Shown: positions 1 to 13,144, numbered from the stretch's first letter. The stretch is DNA of 64,000 bases from Callorhinchus milii (GCF_018977255.1 NW_024704743.1:9922001-9986000); one strand, 5' to 3'. A program made the numbers and translations. The notes: a model not told the origin generated them from the letters alone.

Positions 1-332
1 AAACCCCACCTCGGCTCATTGAACTCAGTCTAGGCTGATACTTCAGTGCAGTGCTTAGGAGCACTGCATTGTTGGAGGTGCCTTCTTTTAGATTTGACAT
101 TAAATCAAGATCTTGTCTGTCTGTTCTGATGAATGTTAAAGATGGCACTATTCAAAAAAGAAGGGAGTTTTACCCAGTGTCCTGGCAGCAATTCTTTGGA
201 TAAAATTGGTCAATTCATGGCTGTTTGTGGCATAATGCTGTGCACAAATCGGTTGCCACATTTTGTTTACAGGTACTCAACAACAACAAATCAGTACAGG
301 AAATCCTGTAGAAGTGAGATGTTTCGATGACT

Positions 333-428
333 TGATAAATGCAGTACGAAAGGGAATGATAAATGCAATACGAAAGGGAATGATAAATGCAATACGAAAG
401 GGAATGATAAATGCAGTACGAAAGGGAA
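333..428. repeat. 24-bp tandem repeat, four copies
   Basis: Unit TGATAAATGCA(G/A)TACGAAAGGGAA at 333, 357, 381 and 405. Confidence 0.95.
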
Positions 429-688
429 CTAGATACATACATGGGAAATAAGGGTATCACGTGCAATGATTATTATTATTTATTTTATTTGCCATGATCT
501 AATAAACTGACAGATCAGGCTTGGGGGTTAAATGGCCTATGTTCTTTGATTTGTGTGAAAAGTACAATGCTCCTTTAACCTTGGACCACAGTAAGGAGCC
601 ATGTTACTAAAAGCCTCATTTTGTAAAGAAGACTAAGAACTCATGAACAGCATGCTTAAGTTGGATTTCTTTCCTCAACTGTTTGTAG

Positions 689-856
<168 letters not shown>

Positions 857-1567
857 TAAGTTCCTTTCCTCAGAAATCCATTCAGCGCCAGTTTGTGCTT
901 CTGCAAACACCCAAACGGTTCTGGCTCTTACAATTCATGTCCAACGCACTCCTTTCAAATTATCAGAGTTCAAGGCAAGTGCATTGTAAGTGTGCAATTT
1001 TATGGCAACTGAAACAATCTTAACAAGAGTGATTTGCATTTATTTAGTGCCCTTCATGCAGGATAGCATCTCGGAGAGTTGAATAGAGACTAAATGGGAA
1101 CATGTCAGGAAAAGCACAATTCAATTTCAGGTGGTTTTCTGCATGTGTCGCTGTAGATTTTTTGTGAAGGCGACAGAGAGGGAAGGGATTAGACGGGGAT
1201 TAAGATTAGGATTGATGAAGGCTCATGTGGAGTATAAGCATCAACACAGACTAGTTGGACCAAATGGCTTGTTCCGGTGCTGTTGATGCTATGTAATTCT
1301 ACTTGTACAAAAGCAATTAGTTAATAATCAATACTGGTCATTGGATTTTTCTACCATGTCTATATGGAAGTCCTTTAGATCAGACATTAAACCAAGGTCT
1401 TCTCTGTGCCTGTTCAGTTGGGTGCTAAATATCCCAAGGCATCACTGGAAATGGGTAGGGAATATTTCCTGGCCAACATTCCCTAAATGAAAAATGGTCT
1501 GTGCGCAAATCGGCTACCGCATTCACCAAGAATAAAGACAGTCACTACACTATACAGGATATTCTGT

Positions 1568-1657
1568 GAGTGGAGGGGGTTGGGGGAGAGTGGAGGGGGG
1601 GTGTGGGGGAGTGGAGGGGGGTGGGGGGAGAGTGGAGGTGGGGGAGTGGAGGGGGGG
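1568..1657 (+). repeat. G-rich minisatellite with G-quadruplex potential in a CCNY intron
   Basis: Repeated GAGTGGAGGGGGGTGGGG units with many G runs of five or more. Confidence 0.85.
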
Positions 1658-3126
1658 TAAGCAGGTAAATTATTATTGTTACATAAACTGGTGGTGTTTT
1701 AATCAGACTCTGTGTGTGCATGTTCCCAACCACCTGCATTGAGAGGAAAGTAGGGCAGGATTAAATTTACCCTCTAATTTCCCAAAGAATGCTTTTTTTA
1801 AAATTTTAAACCATGCTCATATATATATTATATATATACCATAAAACACTTTGTCATTTAAATAAATGTTTTCAGCTCCTTGAAGGACCATCTGCCAAGT
1901 CATGAGGTCCAGATTTTGTAGCAGATTGATTCCATTGTGAGAACTGCAGTGAATGAGAAGCTTCTGCTTCAGTCACAGCCATCAGCTGTCTGCCCAATTT
2001 GGCTTCGGAACAAATTGGTCAAGTTGTGACGATCTTAACCCTCTGGTGCTAGAATGATGTGATCCTCTGGATGCCCAGGACAAAGATAGAGATTACCCTT
2101 GATATTTTCAGAGTCCTCGATTAGGTGCAACATACTAATATGGTAACAAAGCCATCAGCTTAGGCTAATACTCCAGTGCTGGGCAATGCTGCATTATCAG
2201 AGGTGCCCACCATTGGATGAGGTGTTATTTTGAGGTCCTATTGAGGTGACATTGCTTTGGACAAATTGGCTGCCGCATTCTGCTCCAAAATACACAGTCG
2301 CTACTTTTTACGCTAAATCTTGTGAAGCACTTTGAGACATCTCCCTGATGTAAAAAGCCTGATACCAAAGGCAAATATTAATATTGTTATTTGATGACTT
2401 TGCTCTCTTGTTTTGGATCCTTATATCAGAGTGAAAAGTCATTCCCCAAAACAGTTTGTCAATCCTACTTTACAATTTTAAACATTTCAGTCAAACCAAC
2501 TCTAACCTCCTAATCTCTTGGGATATAATTCAAGTTTACCCATCCTCTCATGATAACTGAAGTGTTGATTGTGGACCTCATTCGCCTTGTGTGAGGAGTA
2601 GTAAAGCCAGATGTCCTCCTGAGGACAAAGGAACAAACGTGTACCATTTTACCACAAATTACTTTCAGATGCTTCAAAACAGTAGAACACGAGGACACAG
2701 GTTGAGAGTCGCAAAGAGCAAGATAAGGACAGACACCAGGAAATATTTCTTTATCCAGAAGGTAATTACAGTGGAACAAGTTGCCAAGAAGGGTGGTTGA
2801 GGCTAGAATAGTGGACTGTAAAGCTGTAAAAGGATAGCTTGATATTGTGATGGAATTCAGGTGAATATTCTGGCAACCTGTTCCAGTCGTTAATTACTCT
2901 CCAAGTAAAGAAAAACCTCCAAGTATCTGTCATGAAATTGCCTTGTGCATCTCTAAACATAAGTCCTCTATTGTCTTAGTGCATCTTATTGATCGGAGTT
3001 TAGTTTTTCAATCTCATTTAAAATATTACACACACCACTCTGTGTCATCGTCTCTCAAGCCTAAAAATTGTCTGCTGAATGCACCCCTATGCGTTGTGAC
3101 TAATGTATTCTGCGCACTTTCTACAG

Positions 3127-3289
3127 GAATGAGTTGGAGCGTCAGTTTCTGGAGCTGCTGCAGTTCAACATCAATGTTCCCTCCAGTGTTTACGCAAAGT
3201 ATTATTTTGATCTACGCTCCATGGCAGAAGCAAACAGCCTCAGCTTTCCACTGGAACCACTTAGCAGGGAAAGAGCACAGAAACTTGAG
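3127..3289 (+). CDS. CCNY: Cyclin Y, penultimate coding exon
   Basis: ctacag acceptor and GTGAGG donor at 3290. Translates (M)[54 protein letters not shown]. 163 nt, frame continuous with both flanking exons. Confidence 0.96.
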
Positions 3290-6200
3290 GTGAGGGGACC
3301 AATACAGTTAACAGGGGCACTTACAATGAGATTTATATTCTAGCTGTTCCTCTGTGCAGTATTTAGAATCACAGAATGTTACAGCACAGAATCAGACCAT
3401 TTTGCTCATCAGGGGGAGTTTTTAAACAAATAATAATAATTTGGTTATTCATTCAATGACTGTTTGAGACATTATAATTGGCTGCTGCATTTTGCCCACA
3501 AAATACACACAATCAATCTTCTTTGCAATACCACTAGCAGTAAGTAGAAACCCAGTTGTTAGTCAATTGGTGGATCGCTTTCTGGGGATAATAATCTCTT
3601 CAATAATAATAATAATTTGGTCACTCAATCCACGATGTTTGTGGAACACTGCTGTGCACAATCAGCTGCTGCGTTTCACCCACAAAATATACAGTCAATT
3701 TGCTTTACAGTGTATTCTATGAAGCGCTCTGAGACGTCTCAATGATGGTATAAGGCGCTATATCAAATGCAAGGATTATTATTATTGTTAGATCTGTGCT
3801 GGTGTTTGTTTTCCACGTGAGCCACCTGTTCTTATCTCACTCTTGCACTCACTCGATCTTATCTGTTAATGTACCTCACTTAGAAAAGGATTGAAATCCT
3901 AGTAAGAAAATGGGTCTCAATTTCTTATAAAACTGCCGTTTACTCCCTAGCTTTGCCTACAAAACTCACAGTCACTACACTTGCAGTAAATTCTGTGAAG
4001 CGCTTTGAGAGACCTCCTTCTGCTGTGAAAGCAAATGCTGAATGCAAGGTTTATTAACTTTCTTCCAGCACAGAGGACTTTTGTTAAAGTAATATTTTTG
4101 AAAAATGAATGAGACACAAAAAGACTTGCTGATTTGCAGTATAATCCTGCTGGGGCAGAGCTCTATGCCAGGTAATAAATGGACAGCTGTGCAGCAAGCT
4201 GTGCCGAGAGGGCAGCGTGTACTGCATACAGTGTCAACTGTGCAAAGTCTTGCGAGCTGATGGAAAAAAGCCAGACAATTCTTTATATTATTAAAGAACA
4301 CAGATGGCCAAGAGTGTGCTCAGACTGTAACTCAATCTGCACAATCAGATGAGTGTATTCACTGATTAAGCGTTACTCTTGAGCTGAAAGAAGTGTTCAG
4401 AAACCCCTAGAATGTGTGCCAGCCGTGTAACAAACGCTCAGACGCCTTTATTATTTGCCATTTATGCAGCTCCCCCTTGCCTGTCGACACTTGCCAACAA
4501 ACTATCGGGTTCCACCCTCTCCGAAGTGCAGTTCTCTGTTTTGAAATGTGTTCAGGAACCACAATGTTGGAAGCGCCAACTGGTGAGACGGCTCTTCATT
4601 GCTGTCATGTCTGAGTGGGTGCTGATTATAGTGCTTGAGGCAATGAAGATTCACATTGACCAACAGTGACTTCTTATTAAAAAAAGTTATATCCATCGCA
4701 GACTGCACGTCAAAGTTAGACACTGAAAATCTGGTTTGTGACTATTGTATTTTAGATCCCAATATCTGAATCAGCCACTGTGCCCTGAAACTCTGGAACA
4801 ATCTTCCTCTATCCCTCCGCCTTGCCCCTTCCTTTCCCATCTTCAAATTGCTCCTGAAGACCTTCGTATTCGACTGCCTATGGTCACATCCCCCCCACCC
4901 CCCATCCCCTGCTCGGCGTTGTGCTCCACCACTGTCAAGCGCTCTGGGACGCTACCCTGCGTGAGTGGTGCTATATATATACAAATTGTTGTCCTGGTCT
5001 CTGTAAAATCTTCCACCATCTCTAGATTCACCCACAAAATATACAGTCAATTCACTTCACAGTATATTCTGTGAAGCGCTTTGAGGTATCTCGAAGATGT
5101 GATAAGGCCCTATATCAAATGCAAGGATTATTATTATAGGAGTTCTGGATAGGTCAATGTTGCAACATCAGCCTTGGAGGAATCAATGGCTCATCATGTC
5201 CTCAGCCAGAAAAAGCATCATGGTCAGTTCATGCATTGGCAACATCTCACACTTTATTCCTACTCTCCTGGGTGCTGTCCTTCCAGAGTTGTGATAAAGA
5301 CCCAAGTGTCAGCCACTTACCTAGGAATTATTGATGCTTCTTTATACTTGTTGCTGAAGATAGGGCTGTATTATAAACTGGGTGTTTATTTGATGGAGGG
5401 ATTTAAAATCATGAAAGGAATTGACAGGTTAGATAGCGGATGACTCTTCCCTTAAAACACCTTATCACATCTTCAAGGTCTCACATCACATGTCTCAAAG
5501 CGCTTCACAGAATATACTATAAAGTAAATTTTGTGGAGGAAAGGATGGGGTTTGGGATTAAAAGATCCAATGATAGTTAATAAAATGGTGGAACAGGCTC
5601 GATGGGTTGAATGGCTTCCTCCTGTTCCCATTATATCCCATAGATATCTATCTGATATTCTACTGGAAAAAAAACCTCTGCGTCAAGATCATTAATAAAT
5701 ATTACAAATACCCGAGGCCCTGATGACTGATCCCTGTAGCCCTTCAGTTGTCGCCTCTCCCTATCTTCCAAATATCAAAGAGCCAAAGGTCTAAATTTAC
5801 ATGAGAATTTATTAGGGTTCTGAAGGCTTATGTTTAGCTGCGGACATTTTACTCACATGCACTGATGTAAATTTAACTTTCGGTCTAGAGATAATCCAGG
5901 TTAGCTTTTATTTGAGAAGGAGAACAGTGCTATAGCCATGATTTATCATTTGGGGCTCCGGGGATCAATTGGAAAAGGGTATCTATTGCTGGGATTGAGA
6001 AACATTCTCTTGTCCATTGTGGCTTAAAACAATTGCAATTATTCATAACAAGCTGTCTCGGGGGTACAAACACAGTTGTTGTATGTGATGTAGGGGCTGG
6101 GTATTTCCTTTGCGGTGGGATCTAATACTGGATGATATGTAGCTACTACATCGTTCCAGGGTCAGGTAAAAATAATTGTATTTGATGAAGCCTGCCCCAG

Positions 6201-8348
6201 GCTGTCTCGAGAGTATGACTGTTTCCATTCCACTCATTTAACAATCAGAAACACAACCTGCCAGCCAGCCTGCAGGCCAAGGTCAGGGCTTTATAGAGTT
6301 GCCTTCAAACAGGAATTTTTATAACAATAGGGGGTTGTATCTGTATAGATTCAGAGAGCTGAATATTTTAGACGATGGATGAAATGTTGCTTGGTAAATT
6401 GGGAATGTTACAGAAAATGGTGTTTTAAAATGGTCCTCCTCCGTCCCCCCTCCACTGTCAACTTCCGCCTCAAGACCGTGTTTCAGTCGTTTCCGTGCCC
6501 CTTCCCCCCACTGGGCCTCAGGTGCTCACCCAACTGTGTAAACCGCTTTGAGACGTCCTCCTGACATGAAAGGCAATGTATAAATATAATTTAAAATGTC
6601 ACTGTGGTTCACCTGATATAATCTGGTGTCTTGAATAAGATGGTTGTGGGTTAAAGCCCCAGATCAAGACATCATCGTCAACATTGACAGCTGAGGACAA
6701 TGTGAACAATCTAGAGTGATGTGAAATCCGCCTGATGGATTGAAAAAGTTGTATGAATAGGAACTATTTGCTTAATAATAGCATTTCATACACTGTCTAT
6801 CACATTGAGACATCTTAAAGTGCTTCACAGGTATTTGCTGTTGTGCAGGGGTTATGTATTTATTAGCCAAATATTGCATTGTATTGCAGGATGGTCTGCT
6901 TAAACAGATTATGATATAAATTAATACTTTATTATTATGATAGTAATCTTACATTTTATATAGCAGCTTATCACATTGTCAAACGACTCAAAGTGATTCA
7001 CAGGATTAACTGTTAGGTGCAGTGACTGTGTAGTGGGCAAGTGTGGCAGCCAGACCGTATCCAGCATTGCCCCACAACCAGCTATGAATTGATTGACCAA
7101 TCTAGCAGATTGTTGGCCGGACACTGGATGGCTCAGTTGGTAGCACACTTACCAGCTAAAACTGCATAGCTTGCCATTGAGAGCAGTACCTGGCAAGCTT
7201 TCCTGCTGCTTGCCAACTAGGACCACCCTACCCATTAGGGTTTTGGCTTTCAGGGTTAATGGGAGCTGATGGGAATGACTCCCTGCCCCCAGGCTGGCTG
7301 TGCTATCATCAGCAGTGCCCTGGATTTCTGTGGACCTGCCTGGCTCAGGAACTGGACTACAGAGACAGCCACAGAGAGCTGGCTCGATTCAGACATTCTG
7401 TTGCCAGACATGTCACTTTGGAGTCTTTTCACTCCAAGGAGACTGCACTTACCTCCCCCCAAGGAGTCACCAGTTGTTCACTTGACCTCTTCACTAGTTG
7501 GCCTGAAACAATTTACTTCATGGTTGTTTGTAGGACATTTATGTGTGCAAATTAACTGCCTCATTTGCCTATAAATACATAATCACTACACTTTACCAGT
7601 CACTGGGGGCAGGGAGTCATCCCCATCAGTTCCTATTAACCCTGCAAGCCAAACCTTAATGGGTAGGGTGGTCCTAGTTGGCAAGCAGCAGAAAAGCTTG
7701 CCAGATAAATCCTGTAAAGTGCTTTTGCAACAAGGCACTGCATCAAATGCACTGCATTATTATTATTTGAATGAGGCTCAGTGCAGATTCCTTCTGAGTG
7801 CCTGAGAGGAAAGAGACAAAACCCCTGAAGGGTTTCAGGGAGGGAACGGGGGGTGCAAGTTAGAAGTTAGCAAGGCCATAAAATGATATTGGGTCTGTGA
7901 AGCTGTGAGAAGTTTAATTCTGTAAGAGTAGCACCTATTTTAGACAGGGCAGCAGTTGATCTGTTCCTGTACATAATGTCCGGCATTCAAGCTGTAAATT
8001 CACGCTGACCATTCTTCTTCGACTCATTCCACACGACTATTGCAAATGCTTAGAATAGCTGGTGTGTTTTGTCAGCTAGTAATGTACGTGTGTGTGTGTG
8101 TGTAAAAAAAAACAAATATCACTGAAACCTGTCTTTCAGAACATGTAGGGTCAAAAGCCAAAAAGCATTGTTAGCCTAAGTGTCAGCCACAGCTGTAGCT
8201 CTGACTGACTCAACAACCTTCAGTAAACGACGGTCTCTAAGTGGAACGTAAATCCCTGACACACTCCCCAAGTTCCAGTCTTGTTTGTTCAGCTGTGGCT
8301 GGTGACGCACACTCCACCTTTGACTTTTATCCTCTTTTAATCTTGCAG

Positions 8349-8465
8349 GCCATCTCCCGTCTGTGTGAAGACAAGTACAAGGATTTGAGGAAAGCAGCCA
8401 AGAAACACTCGGCCAGTGCAGATAACCTGGCTGTGATCAGGTGGTCCCCAGCAATCATTCCCTAA
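8349..8465 (+). CDS. CCNY: Cyclin Y, terminal coding exon
   Basis: Pyrimidine tract and ttgcag acceptor. Translates [38 protein letters not shown], matching the vertebrate cyclin Y C-terminus. Confidence 0.95.
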   Translation, partial: AISRLCEDKYKDLRKAAKKHSASADNLAVIRWSPAIIP

Positions 8466-11400
8466 CATTGGGGGAAGCTTGCTTGAGGAGATTTGGTATC
8501 CTCAATCCAGTTTTTGTCTGGGGGGAGCAAAAGACTCTTTACACTTTTCAAGATGCCTTTACAGTGCCTCCATCTTGCGTAGCACAGGAATATTGGTAAT
8601 CTCTTTGGAGAAACAAAATTTATGGTGATTGGTGAGAGAGGACCTGTCATTTTCTAGCATTTTCACTGCCTCTTAGCCCCCTCCAATGGGTTTTAATGTG
8701 GGTGGGGGAGGGGGGAAGGGAAGGGTGGGAGCCACAGTAATTAAAAGAATAGAGTATTATGGAGAGCTGAGGTGAAAGAGTTGTGACTTTTCATTCCGTC
8801 AGCCTGTTTGGAGGAGACAACATGAAATAGTGGAAAAGTGAGATTTTCTCCAAATGCACACCAGGAAGAAGTTGTGGCAGTGGTGCGTGTTTTAACTTAA
8901 TTTATTTCAGAAGCGCAGTCCAGTGGTCACGGGTAGGAGAGGTTCCCAGGTGTGAAGCGGCAAGTCACAGGGACGAGCCAGCAGGGTTTCACAATGTGCT
9001 CATGTCTCCTGTGATCACACCCATACATTAGGTGGAACATTCCCCCGGAGATGACAAGTTCAGGGCTTTTCTTCCTCACGTGCGTGTCAAAAGCTGTCAT
9101 GAAGAATGCAAAGCTCTAGTGCTTGTGTGTTATGTGGGACTTTTATACACACACACACATTCATTCCCGTATGTACACACTTAGATATATACACTCACTA
9201 TAAACCTTGCCATGGTGGAGAGGCGCTGGTGGAGAAATGCTCAATTTATTCCACATATTGATGTTTTTGGTGCCAATACTTTTCCCCCTACCTGTATTTT
9301 TGATATGATCCTCTATATGTGGACAGGCTATCAGATGCATTAAAGTAGCCACTTTTTGTTTTCCTTTTACTTTGTACCGCAATTTTATTGAATTATGTTT
9401 CAAGTGACTTCTGTTTTATAAAACTGATACCCAATGTGCAAATTTGACCTTTGTCTGCTGTTCCCATCCTGTCAAACGTGCAAACAGAAAACCCATAAAC
9501 CTTACTCGCTCATTTCTTTCTCATACTTTTCCTTCTCTGATGGAATGTTGTTTCTGGTGATCGTTCCACAGACCCCTTTTTTTCCCCCCTCCCCCTCTTC
9601 TTCCACCCTCCTCCCGCGCTCCCCTCCCCCACCCACTGTTTCGCTTAAGAGGTTGTTTGCCAGGTGTGAGCCCGACAAACATTTTGACTGTTCTGTGGAG
9701 CCTGATCCTTCCCATCCTGCCCTTTCAAAACCTCCACATTGCACTTTCTACCAGGCGTGGCTTAACAGCAGTCGACAGCAAATCTTTCGCCAGGCGAGTC
9801 CAACGGACGTCGAGGCCACTACTCCCACTGTTGCAGCTGAGATCATCAGGCTCAGCACAGACTGGGGACAAAACATGGGACCTTACTGTGTACTCATTCC
9901 GAATGTCTTATTGCATCGTCTGAGGTTTGCTTGCCTCTCTACAGCCTGTTAAATTACAGGCAGAGTAAAACTTGCACGTCTGTTATCCAGAAAATAAGTG
10001 CTACTTATTAGCTACAGTACTGGGTGTTCAAAAGGGGTTCAATACAATTCAGATCATGTTGCTTTTTTATGTTCCCACATGCCTTTTATTGAGCTCAACA
10101 ATGCTCTCTTCTGGCTTTTTTCAACATTTTCTCTTTTTGTTTTGAGAAACATTCTCTTGGCTACTGTGCCAAAGCTTATTGCTGTATTACCAGCACACAG
10201 TTTAGTGAAAAGTAGTTTTATGTTCATTGCTTATGGTTTGTATAGAAACTGATTGCAATGTGCGAATCTGATGGAAATCACAGCACATTTCCTGCTGTAC
10301 ATAGTTTTAATATGGCTAGATCATTTTCTTTTGCATTAAGTTTACATTGAAGCATAACATGAATAGTTGTGGGAAGATAACACGAGAAAATATCTGGATG
10401 CTGGGCAAATTAATTCCAGTTGGTTGTTTTCTATGGATCAGCGTGACTCAGAGGCATTCATTTAATGGACAACATGAATTGTTTTTTATATACTATGTTT
10501 TAATCAACTTTTTGCCACGACAGCTGGAAATCTGAAGCAAATTCAAGATGATTGCTATCAGTGCATGCCTGAGAGAAATCCCACCAGTGACCGAACATTT
10601 TCGAAATAATTTTTATTGATCATTGAACCAGTGATTATTAAGTCCTAGATGTTCAACCCAAAATTTTAAGTGCACACTTGGTAACATTTTACACCCTCGG
10701 TGATTTAATCGGCTGTTTTGCTCTTTTTGATAAATAATTTTCCAAGTGTTTTGGGGCAAGAAAAAAGAATCATTGAGTTCACGTGACTTTGAGTGAATTT
10801 TAGTGAGGTGAGCGTTGACGAGCTCTGTAGCTATCTGAGTACACATGTACTTTTGTGAAGTTTATTAAACTTGTTAAAGATTGTATAACCTATTTATTGT
10901 ATGTATGTACATACAGTCTAAAATGCTTAATGAAGATGTAAAGTGGTCTCAGTAGAATCTGTCTCAGTCTGGTTTAGACTGGTGATTCTTGTTTTAGCCT
11001 TGAGCACTGGCCTCTACCTCCGTACAGAGAATTTATTCCCTTGATCTTTGGTTAGTTGGAAAAGATTTAACTTTTTTGGTGAAGGTCAGTTATGTATCTC
11101 AGTTACATTTCTTGTGCTGAGCGAATCTACTGTACTTATGTTCCTTTTTGTTTTAAATCCAACTTAACTCCAAGTATGCAAAGGCGTCCACTGAGCGATG
11201 TTATGTTTTGTTATAATGGAAGAAAAAAAGACAGTGCTTTGCAATTTTTTTGTTGTTTGGTCAGTTTTTGCCAAATACAAAGCATTATCAATGGATAAAA
11301 ATACACAATACAAACTGACTTCTTGTAGTTGTATTTCGTTCCAGAACATCCAACTGACGCAATTTGCATCAATACACTGAAAGCTCACCCTATGTTTGAT

Positions 11401-11470
11401 TGCGAATGATCGTGACATACTGTATTGGTGAATAATGGTTTTAATAAAGAAATGTATACATTTTGGTTAC
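8466..11470 (+). other. CCNY: CCNY long 3'UTR with polyA signal AATAAA at 11443-11448
   Basis: About 3 kb without recognisable SINE/LINE fragments, in contrast to the flanks. Ends in AATAAA followed by U/GU-rich sequence. TGTACATA Pumilio elements at 10296-10303 and 10906-10913. Confidence 0.65.
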
Positions 11471-11969
11471 ATGCTGCATATTTGTGCTTAAACCGATAGT
11501 ACAGAAGATCTATTCTCTGTGCACCTTTGGTGAAATGTTCAATGGTGTTATCACCTTGATTAAGCAATCTGTATGCCAATGTCAGTATGCTTACCGTGTC
11601 CTCAGAATACAAGTCTTTTTTACAAAAATCTCAGCCTTTTGTTTATTTTCCACTTTTATATTATTTGTCTTCTCTTTCAGTTTTCTGGATCCCTCACCTT
11701 GTTCACGCAACTGTTGCCCTTCCATCTCTGAAATTCTTGTTTGGGTTGTTGTCCTTTGGATAAGGTGTCCTCCAGGTAGATGTTAACCTGTCCTTCAGGC
11801 TAATTGCTCCTATGGCCAACTCCCCTTTTTCCTTTGCTCAGCGAGCAATCTCGCCACTGTACAGTGCTCCGAGAGGTTATCCTATATGAAAGGTGTAAAA
11901 TAAATACAAGTTGTTGTAAAAATCTCATGACAAAATCAATTTTGTTTTGGTGTCCTGGGAAAACAATCC

Positions 11970-12493
11970 AGAGTGAAATGTCGGAATCGAGCCAGCCCTC
12001 TATGGCGTCTTGGTCGTCTGGTTCCTGAGCCAGGCGGGTCTGCAGTATTGCAGGGCACTGCTGATGACAGCACAGCCAGCCTGGCTCATCGACCGAACTT
12101 GAAAGGGCAGACCAGTCACTGGGGGCAGGGAGTCATCCCACTCAGGTCCCGTTAACCCTGTAAACCAATGGGTAGGGTGATCCTAGCTGGACAAGCAGCG
12201 GGAAAGCTTGCCAGACAGCAATATCAATGGCAGGCTATGTGGTTAGACTCCAGCTGTATTTCAACACACACTCTAGGGTCCCCAAGCCTTGGCGCTTGCC
12301 AACCTGTGTCTAATACTTTCCGGAATTAGGTAAGCAGGATGTGTCCCTCCAGTGAGAGAGTGCGCATTGCAACAATCTATCTCTGGGTTTTCCATGTATA
12401 GGTGGGATACATGGAAATCTCAGTTTGGTTTGGATACTCTTAAGCATGGAGATGGGTTTCTGCATGTGTCAAGACACCCAGCTGACCAAAAAA
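11970..12493 (+). repeat. Unidentified interspersed repeat (about 550 bp), longest copy
   Basis: Collinear similarity with 7150-7460 (-), 7596-7705 (+), 35435-35750 (-) and 55265-55705 (+). Shared words GTTCCTGAGCCA, GGGCACTGCTGATGA, GAAAGCTTGCCAG and GGATACTCTTAAG. Confidence 0.8.
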
Positions 12494-13144
12494 AAATCAT
12501 TCACTTCATGACTGTTTATACCTCTCTGGTGTAAACTTCTACATTCCTTGAAAAAACACTCGCTACACCTTGATGGTACAGTAATTAATTTTGACATGTT
12601 TTGATGTGGTAAAACACTGTAGAATTTCTAATTCTTTTCTTTCCCATGATTAACTGAAGTCCCCATGCTGACTGCAGAAGGGTGGTGATGTTTGAACATT
12701 GTTATCTTGCTGAGGTGAGAAGGCACAACAGTGACTTGTGTTGATGTAAAGCCCATCAGGTGGAGTAATGTCTCATGTCTCAGAGCGCTTTACGAAGGTT
12801 GTTCCTGACAAACAGGAGGGAGGATGGAGGTGACCATAGGCTTGATCAAAAAGGTAGGTTATTGGGTAGCTTTTCAAGATAGATAATGAGAGGCAAGACA
12901 AAGAGGTTGAGGGAGGGAGTTCAGAAAGATGGGGGCATAGTGCCTGAAGGCGCAGCAACTTATGGTGAGGTGGGAGGGGCGGGGGAACGTGCAGCAAGTC
13001 AAGTGGAGAGATTGAGCAGCAGAGTGAAGATATTGAAATAGATTTGCTGGGAGACAATGAAACATTGGTGCCTGGTGAGGACTGGGGTGATGAGCATATG
13101 GAGATTTGTGTGGATAAGGATGCAGATAGGAAAGTTTTGGGATG

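Noticed and set aside
333..428. Regularly spaced repeats resembling a CRISPR array
   Set aside because: Head-to-tail units with no spacers, in eukaryotic context.
9434..9952. 172-aa ATG ORF after CCNY
   Set aside because: Inside the 3'UTR, partly low-complexity, with no domain or splice support.
12061..12105. CTGATGA..GAAA in the unidentified repeat as a second hammerhead or C/D box
   Set aside because: No closing stem II, stem III or NUH geometry is evident, and GAAA is not kept in the 55.3-kb copy.
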